A DNA stretch of 64,000 nt, from positions 1,568,001-1,632,000 of the forward strand of contig OY970176.1 in NCBI GenBank assembly GCA_963707955.1. Reading direction: 5' to 3'. Source of the stretch: Candidatus Bathyarchaeota archaeon. GTDB lineage: Archaea; Thermoproteota; Bathyarchaeia; Bathyarchaeales; Bathycorpusculaceae. The notes under the pieces were generated by a model. The model was given only the letters and a program-made list of their open reading frames with translations. It did not search any database and was not told the origin of the DNA. A program made the position numbers and the translations under genes. Below are positions 52,318 through 61,380 of the stretch, piece after piece; the first letter of the stretch is position 1, and every line of letters begins with the position of its first letter.

Positions 52318-52525
52318 ATGCCATATTGTCCCGAATGTGGCGGCGAAATGCAGTACATGATAGCCACCAAGCACTACGTGTGCAAGAGACTGCGGGCTCT
52401 CTGTGACGCAGCAGGAACTGATGGAACTGAGAGAAAAACTCAGACCCAACATGGAGTCTGAGGAAGAAGAGCATCAGAAACAGAAGAAAGAATACCTGAA
52501 ATGGTACTTGAGCAAGAAAAAATAG
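52318..52525 (+). pseudogene. Small zinc-ribbon protein, +1 frameshift at ~52389
   Basis: MPYCPECGG..YVCK, then +1 frame CGLSVTQQEL..EYLKWYLSKKK*. Confidence 0.75.
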
Positions 52526-52544
52526 GACAAGCCCTCAGCTTTTC

Positions 52545-53453
52545 ATGGCGAAAGTCAGCAAACAGCATAAAAGAATGAACGGCTTTTCAATAATCGCTCA
52601 AACAGCGGAGAAGTCTGAAATGAGCGTTAAGATGGAAATAGTCTGCGTTGGCAACGAATTGTTGATCGGCAAAACATTGAACACGAACGCTCAATGGCTA
52701 GCCAAGCGTGCCACCACTCTGGGAGTAATTGTGCACAGAATAACGGTCGTAGGCGACGACGTTGATGAAATTGCCAGCGCAATGCGCGAGTCTCTTAGAC
52801 GCAAGCCACGTTTCATAATAACAACGGGTGGACTCGGCCCGACTTTTGACGACAAGACGCTCAAAGGAATTGCTAAAGGCTTCAAGCGGAAGCTTGAAGT
52901 CAACGATGAAGCCCTACAGATGGTCAGAAGGAAATATGAAGCCCTTCTGAGGGAAGGAAGAATAGAGAAGGTTGAGCTGACCCCTGCAAGAGTTAAAATG
53001 GCAACGTTTCCAGAGAGTACAAAACCGCTGCACAATTCTGTTGGCACCGCCCCAGGGATGATAGCAAGTGTTGATGGGACGTTCTTGATAGCCTTGCCCG
53101 GCGTTCCCCCGGAAATGGAGGCTATTTTTGAGGAGTCGGTAGTGCCCATGCTCAAGAGGGACGCGGGGGAATCTGCCTTTTTTGAGGCAAGCATTTACGC
53201 CAATGGCGTAATGGAGTCGAGCTTGGCGCCGCTGATTGACAAGGTTATGCGTGATAATCCTGATGTTTACATAAAATCGCATGTTTATACAAAGTCGCAT
53301 CCACAGGTTGAAGGAAGAAGATCCCATATAGAGCTTCACTTCTCCACAACAGCAGAAGACTCCAAGATCGCTAGGATCCGGTTGGACAAGGCGATGACTC
53401 AGTTGTCAGAACTGGTGCTGGAGAACGGTGGAAGAGTAGGCAAGGCGGCATAG
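52545..53453 (+). CDS. CinA N-terminal/molybdopterin-binding domain protein
   Basis: GNELLIGKTLNTN, TTGGLGPTFDD, LPGVP.EM; start probably ~52620. Confidence 0.88.
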   Translation: MAKVSKQHKRMNGFSIIAQTAEKSEMSVKMEIVCVGNELLIGKTLNTNAQWLAKRATTLGVIVHRITVVGDDVDEIASAMRESLRRKPRFIITTGGLGPTFDDKTLKGIAKGFKRKLEVNDEALQMVRRKYEALLREGRIEKVELTPARVKMATFPESTKPLHNSVGTAPGMIASVDGTFLIALPGVPPEMEAIFEESVVPMLKRDAGESAFFEASIYANGVMESSLAPLIDKVMRDNPDVYIKSHVYTKSHPQVEGRRSHIELHFSTTAEDSKIARIRLDKAMTQLSELVLENGGRVGKAA

Positions 53454-53460
53454 TGATCGG

Positions 53461-54255
53461 GTGAACATAACGGTCGCAGATTATCATGTTCACACGAAGG
53501 CTTCGCCAGACGCTGAGGGAAGCATGAAAGAATACGTGAGAAAGGCTGAACAGAAGAAGATTGAAGAAGTAGGTTTTTCAGATCACATTCTTCTGCAGCA
53601 TCTCGATGGTCGTTCAGATTTCCTCGTCAATGCAATGCCTGCTTACGTTCAAGACTTCTTGGCTTTCAAAAAGAAAGTAAAAATGCCGGTCAAACTAGGC
53701 GTCGAGGTGGACTTCTTTCCTGACATAATTGAGAAAATGGGAGCCTTCATTCGCGAGTATCCTTTTGACTACGTGATAGGGTCTGTTCATGTGATTGGTG
53801 AATGGATAATTGACGAGCCTTCAACAAAAGATGAGTACTCAAGAAGAGATCCTTTCCAAACCTACGAGGAGTATTTCAGACTTGTCAGAGAAATGTGCGC
53901 ATCCAGGCTGTTCGATGTTCTAGGCCATCCTGACCTGATCAAGATCTTTGGCACTAGGCCAACGGAAGACCTGACCCAGATATACGAGGACACAGCAGAG
54001 ACGATTGCAAGGTCCAAGATGTGCGCAGAGATTAACGCAAAGGGGTTGAACAGACCTTGCCGAGAGATCTATCCAGGTGAACAATTCTTGAAAATACTCT
54101 ACGATCACGATGTTCCCATAGTCTTTGGTTCAGACGCCCATGAGCCGAACGACTTGGGCAGGAATCTTGAAGAGGCCGTGAGACTTGCCAAGAAAGTCGG
54201 CTATACCGACGCGTGCAGATTCAGTTGCAGAGAGAAAGAGCTCGTGAAGATCTGA
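53461..54255 (+). CDS. PHP-family histidinol-phosphatase-like protein
   Basis: DYHVH, SDH, GSVH, GHPD, GSDAH. Confidence 0.88.
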   Translation: MNITVADYHVHTKASPDAEGSMKEYVRKAEQKKIEEVGFSDHILLQHLDGRSDFLVNAMPAYVQDFLAFKKKVKMPVKLGVEVDFFPDIIEKMGAFIREYPFDYVIGSVHVIGEWIIDEPSTKDEYSRRDPFQTYEEYFRLVREMCASRLFDVLGHPDLIKIFGTRPTEDLTQIYEDTAETIARSKMCAEINAKGLNRPCREIYPGEQFLKILYDHDVPIVFGSDAHEPNDLGRNLEEAVRLAKKVGYTDACRFSCREKELVKI

Positions 54256-54386
54256 TCAGCAAGAGGATAGTGAAGCAGGAAATCCTTGCCAAGAGATGTG
54301 GTCTTTGAACGGAAAAAGCTTATACTTGAAGATGCCGGTTTGGCAGCTTAGGCACGTTATCAAAATGTGCATGGAGACCGCGAAAC

Positions 54387-55148
54387 ATGTCTATGGTTTT
54401 CATAATAGGAACTGCGGGGTCTGGAAAGTCTAGACTCACAGCCGCATTTGGCGATTGGCTGAAGATGTCTAAACAGGACGTTGCAATCGTGAACTTGGAC
54501 CCTGGAGTGTCTGTACTTCCGTATTCGCCAGAAATCGATGTTCGCGACTACGTTGATGTTGGAAAATTGATGGAGGAGTATCAGCTGGGTCCAAACGGCG
54601 CTCTGATAATGGCCGCTGACCTGGTTGCAGACCAAGTTGAAGAGATTTCGAAGGAGATTGAAGGGTTGCAGTCTGACATTATTCTGGTCGACACCTCAGG
54701 ACAGTTGGAGCTGTTCGCTTTTCGGGCGAGTGGACCCTACATCGCTAACGAACTCACAAAGGGGCCCAGAGCAATAGTCTACCTGTTCGACGCAGTTTTT
54801 TCGGTAAACCCGCTTAACTATGTTTCAAACCTCTTTCTCTCGTCAGCAGTCTACAACAGGTTTATGTTACCTCAATTGTATCTGCTTTCGAAATCCGACC
54901 TGCTCCCGAAAGAAGAGGTTAACAAGATCGTCGACTGGTCGACCAGCCAGGACGCTCTAGCTAACGCCATCGAACAGAAACTTGAAGGGACAAGACGTTT
55001 ACTAAGTAGAAGCGTGATGCAAGCGATTTACAAGCTCGGACTAAGGTTTCCCTTGATTCCCGTTTCAGCCAGCACGAACGACGGAATCATAAATTTCAAC
55101 ACAGCCCTAGAACGCATCCTCTCCGAGGGAGACAAGTACACCTTTTAA
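54387..55148 (+). CDS. GPN-loop GTPase
   Basis: GTAGSGKS, NLDPG, LGPNG, GQLELF. Confidence 0.92.
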   Translation: MSMVFIIGTAGSGKSRLTAAFGDWLKMSKQDVAIVNLDPGVSVLPYSPEIDVRDYVDVGKLMEEYQLGPNGALIMAADLVADQVEEISKEIEGLQSDIILVDTSGQLELFAFRASGPYIANELTKGPRAIVYLFDAVFSVNPLNYVSNLFLSSAVYNRFMLPQLYLLSKSDLLPKEEVNKIVDWSTSQDALANAIEQKLEGTRRLLSRSVMQAIYKLGLRFPLIPVSASTNDGIINFNTALERILSEGDKYTF

Positions 55149-55206
55149 TTGTGCAAGATGGAGATATAATTTCAGTCTTCGCTATGGAGCCCGCGGAAGA
55201 GCTTAC

Positions 55207-55247
55207 ACGTTTTGCATATACGTTTTGCATATACATTTTGTATATAC
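55207..55247. repeat. 13-bp tandem repeat x3
   Basis: ACGTTTTGCATAT ACGTTTTGCATAT ACATTTTGTATAT AC. Confidence 0.85.
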
Positions 55248-55305
55248 AGTTGGTGAGGATTGGTGAAAAGTGCGCGCTAAAATGGAAGAAGGCAAGTGTG
55301 GACCT

Positions 55306-55734
55306 TTATCGGTTGACTTTAGGAACGTAATATTCTCTTACAATGCCCGCTGTCAGAGCAATTAGGCCTACTGCCAACAAATAGACCATTGGATAAATGA
55401 ATATTGAGAGCATGGTTTGGTACGTCGTTCCTGACGGCAACTGTGGAGAGAAGAACACAGCAAGCCACATTATGACGAAAGTAACGATGCATCCTATTCC
55501 TAAACCCACAAAGAGCCCGCTAACAAAAACGTTTGTCTCGCCTCTGTTGTTTCGCTCATCGTTGAGCTGGCCGCTTTCGCAAGGTGGGTCTTTTTCCTCT
55601 TTCATCATTGCCATGGTCTCATCTTCAGGCTTCGGTTCGGCTTGTTCTTCTTTCCATTCTTGTCCTGAGTCTTCTACCCATGGCTCCTCATCATTCTTCA
55701 ATTCTTGTTGGGGAGCTTGATTCTTAGCCTCCAT
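55306..55734 (-). CDS. Hypothetical membrane protein with acidic N-terminus
   Basis: E/D-rich N-terminus, two TM helices. Confidence 0.7.
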   Translation of the reverse strand: MEAKNQAPQQELKNDEEPWVEDSGQEWKEEQAEPKPEDETMAMMKEEKDPPCESGQLNDERNNRGETNVFVSGLFVGLGIGCIVTFVIMWLAVFFSPQLPSGTTYQTMLSIFIYPMVYLLAVGLIALTAGIVREYYVPKVNR

Positions 55735-55835
55735 ACTGTTCGCCTTGGCTTTTGTTCTGGCCCTTGCACTAATAAGACTATTCGATTCGAGATTTTGATG
55801 CAGAATAAGAATTCAGAATACGCAAGAGTAAAGGG

Positions 55836-56099
55836 TTATTTTGAGACGAGTTTGGGCGTAAGCTGTTCTATAGCGGTTTTCAGTTTGTTCCATTCGTCCA
55901 GGTTTCTCACGTTGAACTTGTGCTTTCTCTTCCATGTGTCCGCTTTTTTTTGCCACAGGTACAGGCCGATTGACCGTTTTCCATACGATTCGAAGATGAC
56001 AGCTGCCTCCCACCATTTCTGGCTCTTGAAAAGAGTAACGTAGTCAACGACTTTATAGAAGTCGGATATGGGTAATTTTTCCTCTGCGCCTTCAGTCAT
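55836..56099 (-). CDS. Hypothetical Trp-rich small protein
   Basis: 87-aa ORF with upstream TTTAAAT box. Confidence 0.7.
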   Translation of the reverse strand: MTEGAEEKLPISDFYKVVDYVTLFKSQKWWEAAVIFESYGKRSIGLYLWQKKADTWKRKHKFNVRNLDEWNKLKTAIEQLTPKLVSK

Positions 56100-56218
56100 G
56101 ACATTTCGACCCTTCTGTGATTCTTGCTTTTGGCATTTAAACGTTTCAACTGCGCGCGAGCGATGTTGTTTGAGAAATGCGTTTTCAAGCTTAGGTCTGA
56201 GCTTGTGACATTATAATG

Positions 56219-57427
56219 TTAGCAGGGTGGTATTTTTCCTTCGGCTAATTCCATGCAGAATTTTTGTATGTTTTCAAGTTCATCGTCTAGAACTTCGTTT
56301 ATTTTGTGTTTGACCTTGTCTATGTTGTTGTTTCCCTTCATTATGACTTGCGCAGTTGCGATCGCTGGGTGGTCTATGGGGCCTCCTATCTTGCTTAGTA
56401 GCCAGATGTAGACTTCCTCCAGTTCTTCAACCTCTTTGTACACGTGCTCGGCTGTTCTGAACGTTAGGAAGTTGTAGATTTTTCCCACGTGACTCACCGG
56501 GTTTTTTCCTGCTGCAGCCTCTGAGCAGAACGGTCTGTTGAGCGATATCAGGCCGTTGACACGGTTTCCTCTGCCCACCTGTCCTGAGTCGCCGCTGTCT
56601 GCGCTTGTGCCTAACACCGTGAGGTACAACCCTCCTACGCCTCTTCCTTTCACGTCCAGAGTGTTCAGCTGCACGTCTACCGAGTCGAAGTCCGTGTTAA
56701 CTGCCACATACTTGTTGATTTCCCCAGCGATCCTTTCCTTCTTTTCGAAGTAGTCTTCTTCGCTGCTTATGTAGCGGTCAACGAACGCCATTGCAACCGT
56801 GAGGTTGAGGTCGTTGCGGTTTCTGAAGGCCATGACTTTCACGTCTTCGCCCGACTCGGGAAAGCGCTTCTTGAACGGCTCTGAGTTCACGTATCTTTCA
56901 GTTTCCAGAACTATCTTCTCTGTTCTTGTCATAGGCGCGTAGCCCACCGCGGCTGACGTGTCGTTGGCGCCCAGCACTTTGCCTTTTCGTTTGAAAATGT
57001 CGGTCAGTCCGACTGAGCCGGGCTTCAGTTCTACCTGGTATTTCACGTGCTCTTCGGGATCGACGAAGCGCATGTTCTTCCTGAACCATTTCTTGGCAGC
57101 TTTTACGGCTATTTCGCCAACGTCTATCGTTTGGTCGTCGAATTTGGACGTTGCTCTGTCACCCAACACGAAGAGTATGGGTTGCTTGATGATGCCGCCG
57201 TTGAACCTGGGCTCAGTTTCTCCGGCGACGAGTAGTGACTTGTCAACATTATGGTGAAGTATAGTCCCCGCTTTTTCCATGTACTCTTTGCTGAGGCTGA
57301 TCGATATGCGGTCGGCCACTGCGTCGCAGATGTAGTCGGGGTGTCCGATGCCTTTCCTTTCAACTATCTCTAGGCGTTGTTTCTCAAGGGGTGTCTGTTT
57401 CAAGTCTTCTACGATTATGTTTCGCAT
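56219..57427 (-). CDS. mat: Archaeal S-adenosylmethionine synthetase
   Basis: ERKGIGHPD, ANDTS, GEDVKVM, GRGNR, GKNPVSHVGKIYN. Confidence 0.96.
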   Translation of the reverse strand: MRNIIVEDLKQTPLEKQRLEIVERKGIGHPDYICDAVADRISISLSKEYMEKAGTILHHNVDKSLLVAGETEPRFNGGIIKQPILFVLGDRATSKFDDQTIDVGEIAVKAAKKWFRKNMRFVDPEEHVKYQVELKPGSVGLTDIFKRKGKVLGANDTSAAVGYAPMTRTEKIVLETERYVNSEPFKKRFPESGEDVKVMAFRNRNDLNLTVAMAFVDRYISSEEDYFEKKERIAGEINKYVAVNTDFDSVDVQLNTLDVKGRGVGGLYLTVLGTSADSGDSGQVGRGNRVNGLISLNRPFCSEAAAGKNPVSHVGKIYNFLTFRTAEHVYKEVEELEEVYIWLLSKIGGPIDHPAIATAQVIMKGNNNIDKVKHKINEVLDDELENIQKFCMELAEGKIPPC

Positions 57428-57523
57428 TGTAAGTCTCCTTTCTGCGAAGTTTACGGTGTATAGTTGCGATAAATATATATTTTACTGTATGATTTATAAG
57501 AGAAAATAACTGGTGGTTATTTC

Positions 57524-58057
57524 ATGTTAGTAACGGGCAGCTCTATAAGAGAGTTAAGAATTAAAGCAGGTCTCACTCAGAAAACGCTTGCCGCACTAGT
57601 CGGCGTTTCCCAAGCGCACATAGCGAAGATAGAACAGGGTAAGGTTGATCCTCGGTTCTCAACCGTCAACCGGATCTTGGGCGTTCTCAAGCCGGGGCAG
57701 GAAAGAAAATGCAGAGATGTCATGACCAAGGGCGTGATTTTCGCTAAGTATAACGAAGTTATTCTGAAGGCTAGTGAAATCATGGTTAGAAACGCTGTTT
57801 CACAACTCCCCGTGCTTGATGGAAGCAGAGTTGTTGGAACCATAACAGAGCAGGGCATAGTGCGAAACTTGAGGTCGAGCTTGGCAGACGAGAAGGTCAG
57901 CAAGGTTATGGATCCGCCTTTACCTGAGGTACAGGAAGACACGGGCATAGAAACTGTTCGTGCAGTGCTAGAGAAAAGTCCAGGCGTGCTTGTTAAAAAG
58001 GGTGGGGAAGCAGTCGGCATAATAACGCGGTCAGACCTGTTGAAGACGATTTGTTGA
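57524..58057 (+). CDS. XRE-HTH plus CBS-pair regulator
   Basis: GLTQKTLA..VSQAHIAKIE; SQLPV, GIITRSD. Confidence 0.9.
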   Translation: MLVTGSSIRELRIKAGLTQKTLAALVGVSQAHIAKIEQGKVDPRFSTVNRILGVLKPGQERKCRDVMTKGVIFAKYNEVILKASEIMVRNAVSQLPVLDGSRVVGTITEQGIVRNLRSSLADEKVSKVMDPPLPEVQEDTGIETVRAVLEKSPGVLVKKGGEAVGIITRSDLLKTIC

Positions 58058-58072
58058 CAAGTTAAGTCAGGT

Positions 58073-59455
58073 CTAGAATCCTGCTTTCACTACGTCGTGT
58101 GGTTTCATAAACTCTCTCAGAACTATCGTTGCATAAGAACCACGGTACAGCGTGAAATCCACTTTTATCGTGCGGTTTTGAGGGTCGCCCGCGTCGGATA
58201 CATCGTTCAACGTGAAATCTAGCAGCGGAGTCGCGATCGCTCGCAGTTCTCCTCTCGAACCCATCTCCTGCATTTCTGAAACCTTGAAGTCATGCGGAGA
58301 AACGCCTTCTTCTTCGAGTATTCTGCTCTCGATTTCCCCCTGAACCCCCCGCGACGTGTGTTGTCTGAAGCCGATGAGTGGAATGGCCAGTCGCACTTTC
58401 CCATTTCGAACCGCACCGTTTATTTCTGCAAGAGTCTCAGAGCTTACTGTTCTATACATTTTCGACAATGGCACTCCAGACTTTTCAACATTTACGACAT
58501 AGTCCCCAGCCTCAGCTATATTCATCATAAGGCCATTCTTGATTCTGCTGCTCAGGAACCTGTTGAAGAGATAAGACTGGTACGCCTGAATGAACAGTTC
58601 TAGGAGTTTGGTGGGCAGTTTCTTAAACGCCCCGGCAAAATCGAGGGGTTTTTCAGCCAAGCTTCTCAGCATCATGCGTTCGTACCGTAGCTGTTTTGGG
58701 TAACTTTTGAATGCTTGTTTGAAGTCTTGCGTTGCCTGTAACTCTTGACGTGCTTGTCTTGACTCGGGATGTTCATAAGGGCTCGATTTCGCCAAGAACA
58801 ACATTGCTGCCCTTTTGAGGTTTCCCTTGACAAAGCTTTTTCCGACTAGATGAGTTATGGAGCGGGTTGTTCCGAAGCGCTGGTGCCCAAAAAAGTTTGG
58901 AATTCCTCCGAGCCCGTGAAGCTCTTTCACAGTCTTCGCAGTTCTTCTCTCGATAACAGTTTTGGGATGCTTTACATTTTTGATCCTTACTTGGAAACTG
59001 TTTCCGAGAAGATAGTAAGAGGATAGTTCAGTTCGCAGATAGCCTATCGGGCGTACTTCTATGTCCTTGAGGCGGAGCTTCTGAACATCTTCAATCGCGA
59101 CGTCTTCGATCGTAACATGCTGAGCCGTCAAGGCTTTCGCATCTTTTATGCCGGCGATTTGAATCCGCGTTGTGTTTATGCCTAATTGTTGGGCCACGTT
59201 TCGGAGGGCCATGAACGTGTCCCAGTTTCGCTTAAACAAGACGCATAATAGATAACGATTCTTGACAGAAGAGGATCCAAGCACTGTTTGCTCAGTGTTT
59301 CCATCAGACCTGCTTACTTCTGCCTTGGATCCATCAACTAGGACTTCCTCAACTACAAAGTCTTCGGCACTCTGTCTGATTGTTCCACCAGTTCCTGGAG
59401 AACGTGTTGCATAAACTTCTATTCCAATCGATCTCTCCAAACCTGGGACAAGCAA
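58073..59455 (-). CDS. truD: tRNA pseudouridine(13) synthase
   Basis: AGIKDAKALTAQ, NFFGHQRFG, GSYATIVLRE. Confidence 0.95.
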   Translation of the reverse strand: MLVPGLERSIGIEVYATRSPGTGGTIRQSAEDFVVEEVLVDGSKAEVSRSDGNTEQTVLGSSSVKNRYLLCVLFKRNWDTFMALRNVAQQLGINTTRIQIAGIKDAKALTAQHVTIEDVAIEDVQKLRLKDIEVRPIGYLRTELSSYYLLGNSFQVRIKNVKHPKTVIERRTAKTVKELHGLGGIPNFFGHQRFGTTRSITHLVGKSFVKGNLKRAAMLFLAKSSPYEHPESRQARQELQATQDFKQAFKSYPKQLRYERMMLRSLAEKPLDFAGAFKKLPTKLLELFIQAYQSYLFNRFLSSRIKNGLMMNIAEAGDYVVNVEKSGVPLSKMYRTVSSETLAEINGAVRNGKVRLAIPLIGFRQHTSRGVQGEIESRILEEEGVSPHDFKVSEMQEMGSRGELRAIATPLLDFTLNDVSDAGDPQNRTIKVDFTLYRGSYATIVLREFMKPHDVVKAGF

Positions 59456-59468
59456 TGTCTCCGCCTGC

Positions 59469-59831
59469 TCAAAGAAGCCGGAGCGCGCCCGTTATTCTAT
59501 CTATCCTTTCCACAGGTGCAGGACCAATTCCCAGACATGTAACGGTTCCAGGCGGAATTTCTGTGAGGCCCCTGTCAACTATCAACGCGCATGGCAAGCC
59601 AGACTCTTTGGCCTGCATTTCCAGTTCAGCCATTGCTTTCGCATTCTTTACCTTAACCGCGATCTTGCATTGCCCTTCTTCAAGCCAGTCTTCAAACCAT
59701 TTGCTGCGATGTTTACGCGCCTGTTCCGCTGCCGAAACCGCGGCATGTCCAACCTGAGCCGCCGTCTTGCCCTTACTCAGCCTCAGGTCGGACCGGAAGA
59801 CAATGACCTGTTTGTAGCGAAATTCAGACAT
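59469..59831 (-). CDS. pth2: Peptidyl-tRNA hydrolase Pth2
   Basis: GKTAAQVGHA, DRGLTE, GIGP. Confidence 0.95.
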   Translation of the reverse strand: MSEFRYKQVIVFRSDLRLSKGKTAAQVGHAAVSAAEQARKHRSKWFEDWLEEGQCKIAVKVKNAKAMAELEMQAKESGLPCALIVDRGLTEIPPGTVTCLGIGPAPVERIDRITGALRLL

Positions 59832-59873
59832 GCTTCCCTTTACCTTTCCCTATCAGTCTACGCTTCAAAGATT

Positions 59874-61097
59874 TTAAAGGTTCGCAAAAAAGTCCGCTAG
59901 GAAGAAATAGCTAAGAGCGGCCAATGCGCGAGGGCTCCGCAAGAGACGCAAAAGCGTTCTTCCCTGAAAGTCTATGTCCTCCACTTTCTGAAGAGTCTTG
60001 TTCAAAGCGAGTTTTGTGCACAATCCGATTAGCCCGTCAAGTCTTCTGTCAGACATGGCGTCGAGCGTTTTCCTCATTCTGACCATCATCTTCGCGTCGA
60101 ACCCCAGGGCTTCATCGCATCGGCGTCCGTAAGCGCTTAGGGATTTTGAGGAAAAGTCGTCTTGGCGAATAGCCTCGCGCGCGACTTCTGCAGCGACTGC
60201 TGCGCACGTCATCCCGAAGATGACGCCTCCCCCCGTGGTGGATTTCACCTGTGAGGCTGCGTCTCCAACCGCTAAGAACCCGTTTGAATAGGCTTTCGGT
60301 ATCGGGCCTCCCAGCGTTATCGGGTGAGCCGTGATTTTATCGATTTTTGCCTTGGCCAGTTTCTTTGAGGCCACAGGATGCTTGGCCACGAGTTTTTGCA
60401 GAAGCTCCTTTGGGTTTCTGGCCTTTGCTGCAAGTCCAACCTTTGCCTTCCCATCCTTCTTAGGTATCAGCCACGCGTAGAAGCCGGGAGCATAATCTGC
60501 TCCCAAGTAAACCTCGACCATGTCGAGCTGTGTGCCCTTGACGTTTTCAGCTTCCGCCTCGACGCCGTTGACTAACATACGCTGGTTGGGACCTCGCAGA
60601 CCCGTTTGCCTGAGTATTTTCGAGGATATTCCTTCAGCGTCTATGACTATCTTGGCCAGTCTGTTCTCGGTTTTGCCTTGCCGTCTTATCGTGACCCCCT
60701 TCACGGTGCCATCGTTAACCATCAGACTTTCAACTCTTGAGTCTAAGCAGTACTCTGCGCCTGCGTCCTGTGCTCTTTCTGCAAGGTACTTCTCAAAGAG
60801 GGCACGGTCAACCACGCAGGTCACGGGCGAAGCAAGGCGCACCAAGAATCTTTTGCCAGTCGGCGAGTAGAAAGCAGCGCCTCGAAAAGTGTTCTCAACG
60901 ATTTCGACGGGAAGAGTGTGAATCCTCAGACGTTTAAGACCTCGTATGCTGAGGTGACCGGGGCAGTGGGATGGAAGGCCTATTTCGCTGTGCTCTTCGT
61001 ACACTCTGACGTTGACGCCTAGTCTTGCAAGTTTCAAAGCTGCGAAGGAGCCAGACGGGCCGCCTCCAACCACTATTACGTCGGCAATTTCCTTCAT
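59874..61097 (-). CDS. Geranylgeranyl reductase family flavoprotein
   Basis: GGGPSG, PGFYAWLIP, VGDAA, GGG. Confidence 0.85.
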   Translation of the reverse strand: MKEIADVIVVGGGPSGSFAALKLARLGVNVRVYEEHSEIGLPSHCPGHLSIRGLKRLRIHTLPVEIVENTFRGAAFYSPTGKRFLVRLASPVTCVVDRALFEKYLAERAQDAGAEYCLDSRVESLMVNDGTVKGVTIRRQGKTENRLAKIVIDAEGISSKILRQTGLRGPNQRMLVNGVEAEAENVKGTQLDMVEVYLGADYAPGFYAWLIPKKDGKAKVGLAAKARNPKELLQKLVAKHPVASKKLAKAKIDKITAHPITLGGPIPKAYSNGFLAVGDAASQVKSTTGGGVIFGMTCAAVAAEVAREAIRQDDFSSKSLSAYGRRCDEALGFDAKMMVRMRKTLDAMSDRRLDGLIGLCTKLALNKTLQKVEDIDFQGRTLLRLLRSPRALAALSYFFLADFFANL

Positions 61098-61134
61098 CAG
61101 GATACAGCCACATGTTTCCGCGCGGCTTCGCAGC

Positions 61135-61374
61135 TTACCCTATCAGTTCGACCCGTCTCTTTCCGCGAGACATAGAAGTCATACGGATCTTTCCGCTGAT
61201 TTCTAGCCGCATCAATATTTCGTTGAAGTCTTTGAAGCCTAAGTCCTTAAACTCTTCAATCAGCGCGTCAAAGAGTTCTGCGTCGGTCAGGGCTCCCTTC
61301 TTCTCCAAAAGGTCGAGTAGGACGAAGTAGGCGGGATGAGTTTTCCACGTCTTGGTCGGCATCGGCATGTGCAC
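61135..61374 (-). CDS. Small wHTH-like hypothetical protein
   Basis: Helix-helix-wing pattern; directly downstream of cdc48. Confidence 0.65.
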   Translation of the reverse strand: MHMPMPTKTWKTHPAYFVLLDLLEKKGALTDAELFDALIEEFKDLGFKDFNEILMRLEISGKIRMTSMSRGKRRVELIG

Positions 61375-61380
61375 ACTCGC

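Noticed and set aside
55207-55247. CRISPR array
   Set aside because: Repeats too short, no spacers, no cas genes
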